From an uncultured virus (IMG/VR IMGVR_UViG_2795385501_000005) (taxonomy: Duplodnaviria > Heunggongvirae > Uroviricota > Caudoviricetes): 20,000 bases of DNA. The notes under the pieces were generated by a model. It was not told the DNA's origin, did no database searches, and saw only the letters and a list, made by a program, of their open reading frames with translations. The position numbers were made by a program, and so were the translations under genes. Shown piece by piece: positions 15,252 to 20,000 of this stretch (its first letter is position 1; every line of letters starts with the position of its first letter). The stretch covers positions 49,932-69,931 of IMG/VR virus record IMGVR_UViG_2795385501_000005, one strand, 5' to 3'.

Positions 15252-15613
15252 TGGATAGGAATATCGAAGAATTGAGAATTGCTCGCCTTAAAAGTAAGTT
15301 TGAAATAGCCAAGTCATACGGATCTGACCAGTTAACCGTACCAATGCCAGATTTAGACGCACTGATAGCCCAGCTGGAAGCGGCTCAGCGTGATCGCAAT
15401 CTTCACTACATCGTGAGCGAGAAGTTTCGCATCGAATTGATTGCAAGTGAAGCAGCGTTATCAGCGGCAAACGAGAAGCTAAGCAAGCCGGTTGTATTGC
15501 CAAAGAAAATATATTTAAAATCATCAAGATGTAATGTTATCAGTTGGTCAAAAACATTTGATGCGATAGAGGCAGCCGGTTTCACGGTAGAGGGGAATGC
15601 AGATGCTGAGTAA
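15248..15613 (+). CDS. Ead/Ea22-like hypothetical protein (121 aa)
   Basis: AGGAGG RBS; ALIAQLEAA...KPVVLP...AIEAAGFTVEG pattern. Confidence 0.7.
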   Translation: MMDRNIEELRIARLKSKFEIAKSYGSDQLTVPMPDLDALIAQLEAAQRDRNLHYIVSEKFRIELIASEAALSAANEKLSKPVVLPKKIYLKSSRCNVISWSKTFDAIEAAGFTVEGNADAE

Positions 15614-15986
15614 AGAACAGCTGGAAAAACGAATTGCAGAAATTCGAAAAATAGCTAGCGAAATGAAATGGTCGTCAGTTGAACATAGTCAGGTGGCACT
15701 CAATGATGCGGAGGCATTAGAAGAACTGCTATCACTGCGTGAGCAACTTGCAGAGCTGAAACAGCAGAAACCTATAGGCCAAGTCATTAGCTGTAACGGC
15801 AATAAAACCCTCGGTTGGATTAATGACGCGCCGGTAGGTACCTTGTTATTCACAGCGGCCAAGCCAGCAGATTCAGTAACACTTCCAGCGCCAGCGAATT
15901 ATGATGACTATGGCCCCATGATATCACTCGAAAAAACCATGGCGGCGCTAGCCTTGCGTGGCATTGAATACACGGTTAGAAGGTGA
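15597..15986 (+). CDS. Eaa-like hypothetical protein (129 aa)
   Basis: Overlapping ORF; LSKEQLE...ELLSLRE...PVGTLLFTA pattern. Confidence 0.7.
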   Translation: MQMLSKEQLEKRIAEIRKIASEMKWSSVEHSQVALNDAEALEELLSLREQLAELKQQKPIGQVISCNGNKTLGWINDAPVGTLLFTAAKPADSVTLPAPANYDDYGPMISLEKTMAALALRGIEYTVRR

Positions 15987-15992
15987 GGAAAT

Positions 15993-16163
15993 ATGCTAAT
16001 CGGCTTTGTCCTACTTGTCAGTTCCTGCGGCCTTGACGCCTGCGAAGCGCTGCCAGTTTCAGAAAACATCTACCCTACCCAGACAGAATGCCAGAACGTG
16101 TCCGCACTGATTAAAGAACGCCGCCCGGCGGTAGTGCTGATCTGTGGCGAAGTACGCCGATAG
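15993..16163 (+). CDS. 56-aa Cys-containing small protein (YebW/DUF1482-like)
   Basis: GAGGA RBS; MLIGFVLLVSSCGLDACEALPVSENIYPTQTEC...LICGEVRR; absent from the ORF track. Confidence 0.7.
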   Translation: MLIGFVLLVSSCGLDACEALPVSENIYPTQTECQNVSALIKERRPAVVLICGEVRR

Positions 16164-16196
16164 CGGGTCTATAATTCTCCTGACAAAGGAGGATAT

Positions 16197-16462
16197 ATGC
16201 CTAATGTAAAGTCGTAATAATAAAACCAGATGGCAAAACCGATATCATTACAGCGCCTAGAGGAACTGTTCTGATCGGAGTTAACCACACGAGAAAAGAT
16301 GAAAAAGTTAAACATCAATTTATGCCTGTAGAAGAATACAGCATAGGATCGGAGGAATATTACATAGCTAGGTGGTCACCTTTAGTAACAGACGACCAGG
16401 TAGATAATGCGGTTTTAGAACACATCCATTCAATTAACACCCAAATTAAAACATCCAATTAA
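16197..16462 (+). pseudogene. About 88-aa moron-like gene with an apparent 1-A deletion at 16208-16210
   Basis: TATAAT at 16170-16175 and AAGGAGG RBS; start frame stops after 6 codons but an 83-codon frame is open from 16211 to 16462. Confidence 0.65.
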
Positions 16463-16519
16463 TACCCCATAAATTACGGACTCACGGAAACGGATTTCAC
16501 CAAATCTGGAGTATCCCCT

Positions 16520-16774
16520 ATGAAAACTCACGGACTGAAAATCAGACCGGAATTCTTTGCGCCTGTATACCAGGGAATTAAGACTGCCGAGATAAGGCTC
16601 AATGACCGTAATTACCAGGTGGGTGACACGCTAACGCTGCGTGAATTCGACGCCGGTAACTACACCGGAAGCTTCGTTAATCGCCAAATAACACACGTTG
16701 CCGACATCGGCGATATAAAGCCGGGATACGTGCTGATTAGCATGATCCCATACCAAATTGCAGAGGTGGCCTAA
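16520..16774 (+). CDS. ASCH/PUA-like (DUF3850) domain protein
   Basis: HGLKIRPEFFAPVYQGIKTAEIRLNDRNYQVGDTLTLREF. Confidence 0.88.
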   Translation: MKTHGLKIRPEFFAPVYQGIKTAEIRLNDRNYQVGDTLTLREFDAGNYTGSFVNRQITHVADIGDIKPGYVLISMIPYQIAEVA

Positions 16775-16980
16775 TGCCCGACGATATCGATAACGCTTCA
16801 GCTCTCGAACAGCACAACATCGACACCGCAATAGCCAACCGGCCAAAGCCAAAAATGACATTCACCGGGCGCTGCCACTTTTATGAGTGCCGCCGGGCAA
16901 TTACTCGCGGGTTGTTCTGTGATGCTGACTGCCGGGATGACCATGAGATTGACGAACGGCGGAAAAGGAATGCGGCATGA
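16774..16980 (+). CDS. TraR/DksA-like C4 zinc-finger protein
   Basis: N-terminal DDIDNAS acidic tip plus C....C...FCDADC. Confidence 0.75.
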   Translation: MPDDIDNASALEQHNIDTAIANRPKPKMTFTGRCHFYECRRAITRGLFCDADCRDDHEIDERRKRNAA

Positions 16981-17642
16981 ATAAAGGCGTGATTATTTGC
17001 CTGTGCGACCTAACCGGGATTATGGCTTCCCCGTGGATAGCAGCTGGGTATGATGCAATCTTAATTGACCCACAGCACCCCAGCGGGATTAGCACTTCCA
17101 AATCAATAACCCGAGTTGGGAATGTAATTGATACCCCGATCGTATGGGATTTATTGCGCTCAATACATAACCCGGTATTTGTAGCCGCATTTCCACCGTG
17201 CACTGATTTAGCTGTAAGCGGTGCGAGATGGTTTGATTCAAAAAGAACGATTGACCCAGCATTTCAGTTTAAAGCAATGCAAGTTGTTTGGCAGTGTCAT
17301 GTCATTAGCGAAATGCTTCGTGTTCCATACATGATTGAAAACCCAGTAAGCCAAATAAGCTCTTTCTGGCGAAAACCTGATTTCTTCTTTCACCCTCATC
17401 AATTTACTGGTTACGAGCCTGATGACAATTATACAAAGAAAACATGCCTATGGACTGGTGGGGGATTTGTCATGCCAAATGAATTCAAGGCGGTTGGTGT
17501 AGGGGTTCCAGATGACCGTATTCATAAAATGGCTCCGAGTGAGAATAGGGCTAATTTGCGAAGCGCTACACCTCGTGGTTTCGCCGAGGCAGTTTTCCAG
17601 GCTAATGCGCCGCATCTGAAAGCGTTAAGAGAGGCGGCATGA
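16977..17642 (+). CDS. Short DNA cytosine-5 methyltransferase-like protein
   Basis: Catalytic FPPC (motif IV) and ENP (motif VI); atypical motif I (CLCDLTG). Confidence 0.8.
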   Translation: MNKGVIICLCDLTGIMASPWIAAGYDAILIDPQHPSGISTSKSITRVGNVIDTPIVWDLLRSIHNPVFVAAFPPCTDLAVSGARWFDSKRTIDPAFQFKAMQVVWQCHVISEMLRVPYMIENPVSQISSFWRKPDFFFHPHQFTGYEPDDNYTKKTCLWTGGGFVMPNEFKAVGVGVPDDRIHKMAPSENRANLRSATPRGFAEAVFQANAPHLKALREAA

Positions 17643-18274
17643 GTGACTACCAGCTTATCTATTGCGACCCGCCGTGGCAGTACAGCAACAAGGCCAGCAA
17701 CGGGGCGGCAAATAATCACTATGGAACGATGACGTTAGCAGAGCTGAAACGCTTGCCTGTCTGGTCGATGTCAGCACCGGATGCTGTGCTAGCCATGTGG
17801 TACACGGGAAATTTCAACCAAGAGGCTCAGGAAGTCGCCGAATCCTGGGGTTTCCAGGTGCGCACGATGAAGGGGTTCACCTGGGTAAAGCTAAACCAAC
17901 TGGCCGAAGAGCACATTAACAAGGCTCTGGCCGCCGGTGAGGTGCAGGATTTTTACGATTTCCTCACCCTACTGAATGACCAGTCACGGATGAATGGCGG
18001 TAACTACACGAGAGCCAACACGGAAGATGTGTTAATCGCCGTGCGCGGGCGGGGGCTGGAGCGGCTGAACGCCAGTATTAAGCAAGTAGTTTACTCGCCG
18101 CTTGGTCACCACAGCGAAAAGCCGTGGGAAGTTCGAAACCGGCTGGAAATGCTTTATGGGGATGTGAAGCGCATCGAGTTATTTTCAAGGAAGGAGTTGC
18201 ACGGGTGGGATACTTGGGGCAATGAGTGCGGTAAGTCTATTCAACTGATACCGGGGAGAGCTGAAGGAATATGA
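17639..18274 (+). CDS. MT-A70-family N6-adenine methyltransferase
   Basis: IYCDPPW, FTWVK, TRANTE, HSEKP, RIELFSR, GWDTWGNE. Confidence 0.92.
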   Translation: MSDYQLIYCDPPWQYSNKASNGAANNHYGTMTLAELKRLPVWSMSAPDAVLAMWYTGNFNQEAQEVAESWGFQVRTMKGFTWVKLNQLAEEHINKALAAGEVQDFYDFLTLLNDQSRMNGGNYTRANTEDVLIAVRGRGLERLNASIKQVVYSPLGHHSEKPWEVRNRLEMLYGDVKRIELFSRKELHGWDTWGNECGKSIQLIPGRAEGI

Positions 18275-18360
18275 GCGAACTAATAATTCACCTTGATTGG
18301 GTGCTGCTCTTTATCGGCGGCATCATCGCCTACTGGTGGCTGTTCTGCTGGAAGGAGTGA
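18271..18360 (+). CDS. 29-aa hydrophobic peptide MSELIIHLDWVLLFIGGIIAYWWLFCWKE
   Basis: ATGA overlap with the MTase stop; AAGGA RBS; fills the gap. Confidence 0.55.
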   Translation: MSELIIHLDWVLLFIGGIIAYWWLFCWKE

Positions 18361-18364
18361 ATGT

Positions 18365-18595
18365 TTGGAAGCAACAATCGAAAATGCCATCAGATCGGTT
18401 GCCCGGCAGTGCAGAACAGAAATCATTAATTCCACCGCCGGTATACCTAAAACTCAGCACGACCCCATCGTTACGAAAATCCTCGATCGCTACGCAAAAA
18501 AAATAACCGCCCTACCGCCTAACTCGTTTTCGGCTAAGCGGTGGTTGAGCTATTTCGTCAGGCAGATCGACAAAGAAATAAGAGGCCAACAATGA
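18365..18595 (+). CDS. Hypothetical protein (about 76 aa, probable TTG start)
   Basis: AAGGAG at 18352-18357, 7 nt before TTG; stop overlaps the xis ATG. Confidence 0.65.
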   Translation: MEATIENAIRSVARQCRTEIINSTAGIPKTQHDPIVTKILDRYAKKITALPPNSFSAKRWLSYFVRQIDKEIRGQQ

Positions 18596-18834
18596 ATGAT
18601 ATAAAAATCGATGTTCCTCCTGTTCTGATAAACAGAACGGCTATCCAGCAAATGCTCGGCGGGATATCGAGAACGACCTTTTACCATCGCCGCAAAGAAT
18701 GGAAACAACAAAATACGCCATTCCCACCCGAGGTAAAGGAGTTGTCAGCCCCTAAAGGTGGCGCACTATTCCGATACCAGGACGTGATTAAATTCTGTCA
18801 GGACATGGGGCTGATTTCATCGACACACGTTTGA
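18592..18834 (+). CDS. xis: Excisionase / AlpA-like recombination directionality factor
   Basis: wHTH pattern IQQMLGGISRTTFY...FP; last pL gene, abutting int; GAGG RBS. Confidence 0.8.
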   Translation: MNDIKIDVPPVLINRTAIQQMLGGISRTTFYHRRKEWKQQNTPFPPEVKELSAPKGGALFRYQDVIKFCQDMGLISSTHV

Positions 18835-20000
18835 ATCTTAGACGCCCACAAATCTGCCGCCTCTATCTGCTCGCGTATGTAATCATGGTGGTCATATACC
18901 GCGAGCATACCCGCCATTTTATGCCCAAGTATCTTTTCTGATACATGCGGTGCAATGCCGAGTTCTGCCATTTTTGTCTTTACGGTTCTGCGCAGATCAT
19001 GCATTGCCCAATCAGTCACGCCCATCACCCTGCCTACCTGATCGGCCATCGATAAAAGAACCCCTGCGGACATCGGCCTGTCGGTCTGAATCGTTGCCGG
19101 CGGGAATACCTGGCCCAGCTTAGGATAAATATCAAACGCTTCTCTTAGCATGGTCACTGCGGCGTCAGAAAGCCCCCTCACGAACCGGCGCCGGGTTTTA
19201 GATAACTCCTCCCGTATTGCCCACGTCTTTCTATCCAAATCAAAATCCTGCTTTTTAGCCATGCGCAGCTCTATACCGCGACAGCCAGTAAGCAAAACTA
19301 ATTTTATAAATAGCTTATTCTGGTATGCGAGCTTGGATGAATCGACAGCAAGCCAGAATAGTCCTATCTCCTTATCGTTAAGGAATCGGTCAATAGTTCG
19401 GATTGGATCGCCAACATCGGCGACTGACAATGGAGTCAGGACGTTCCGGATGATTCGGTTACGCCGTAACGAATAGTTAAAAATCTGTTTCATCTTGACC
19501 AGCATCATGCCAGCCATCACCGGTGCGCCATTTTCCCTCATTCGCTTAAAGACTGATTCCCAGTGTGCTATCTGCATCTCATCGACCGTCATTCTTCCAA
19601 CATATGGCGTGACATGCAGGTCAAACATCCTTATCCAGTAATCATACTTAACCAGCTTTTTAGCCTGGGGACTTTCTAACCACTCGCTTATGCAGTCACT
19701 AACACTCGGGGCCTGAATTTTTTCGCTCATTGCCATCTTGCGCTGAACCGACGGCTCTCTCCCCTCACTGAGGTGCTGGCGGCACACTTCAACAGCATCC
19801 CTCGCTTCTTTTAGCGACATAGTTCCATAGGTGCCGATCTTCATGCGCTGTAATTTCCCAGCAAAGCGATAGCGGTACTGAAACGAAACTAGCCCCTTAG
19901 GGCTAACCCGGACAGATAATCCATTCGCGTCAGGAAGTTCAGTCGGGCCATCGTAGGGTTTTCCGACTATTTTTCTTAGCTTCGTGTCATTCAGCGCCAC
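18798..20000 (-). CDS. int: Tyrosine integrase with N-terminal arm-binding domain (P4-like); start lies at the window edge
   Basis: LNDTKLR...DANGLSVRV...IGTYGTMSLKEAR; catalytic TGCR, HDLRRT, LGH, Y. Confidence 0.95.
   Translation of the reverse strand: MALNDTKLRKIVGKPYDGPTELPDANGLSVRVSPKGLVSFQYRYRFAGKLQRMKIGTYGTMSLKEARDAVEVCRQHLSEGREPSVQRKMAMSEKIQAPSVSDCISEWLESPQAKKLVKYDYWIRMFDLHVTPYVGRMTVDEMQIAHWESVFKRMRENGAPVMAGMMLVKMKQIFNYSLRRNRIIRNVLTPLSVADVGDPIRTIDRFLNDKEIGLFWLAVDSSKLAYQNKLFIKLVLLTGCRGIELRMAKKQDFDLDRKTWAIREELSKTRRRFVRGLSDAAVTMLREAFDIYPKLGQVFPPATIQTDRPMSAGVLLSMADQVGRVMGVTDWAMHDLRRTVKTKMAELGIAPHVSEKILGHKMAGMLAVYDHHDYIREQIEAADLWASKIQTCVDEISPMS

Larger units (their letters stand above)
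1..20000. mobile_element. Lambdoid prophage or temperate phage, early region
   Basis: Gene order nin-P-O-cII-cro-cI-N-cIII-rec-xis-int with matching cis elements. Confidence 0.97.

Noticed and set aside
16977..18274. Restriction-modification system
   Set aside because: No endonuclease or specificity subunit is adjacent; the genes are orphan MTases in an early lytic operon
18835..20000. att site or tRNA target
   Set aside because: Entirely integrase coding sequence; the attachment site must lie outside the window

Overview
The window is the early (immunity, replication and recombination) half of a lambdoid, P22/lambda-type prophage of an Enterobacterales host. On the minus strand, the pR operon runs cro, nutR, cII, O-like initiator with origin, DnaB helicase, then nin genes (ninB, ninE, ninI phosphatase). 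On the plus strand lie cI, a three-gene AT-rich accessory block in the rexAB/bstA position, and the pL operon: nutL, N, small genes, a 9-aa repeat protein, cIII-like, RecE/RecT, ea-type genes, two DNA methyltransferases and xis. The operon ends head-on with a P4-type tyrosine integrase. The lambda control circuitry (operators, pR, pL, pRE, OOP RNA with LexA box, nut sites, N-leader RNase III stem) is readable by eye. The most interesting parts are four: (1) the uncharacterised membrane-protein genes behind cI, one bracketed by a perfect 16-bp direct repeat, as a candidate anti-phage or exclusion system; (2) a protein with a 27-bp tandem array (18 complete units, 19 variable di-residues) built from only [N/Y/D][Q/W/R]; (3) a structured RNA element (two GGGG-loop hairpins plus a switchable H-type pseudoknot) antisense to the leader of a counter-oriented Zn-finger gene in the sieB position; (4) hexaloop boxB sites. 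Three left-arm genes carry single lesions, which may be decay or sequencing error (three N bases are present). All family assignments come from motif recognition, not database searches.
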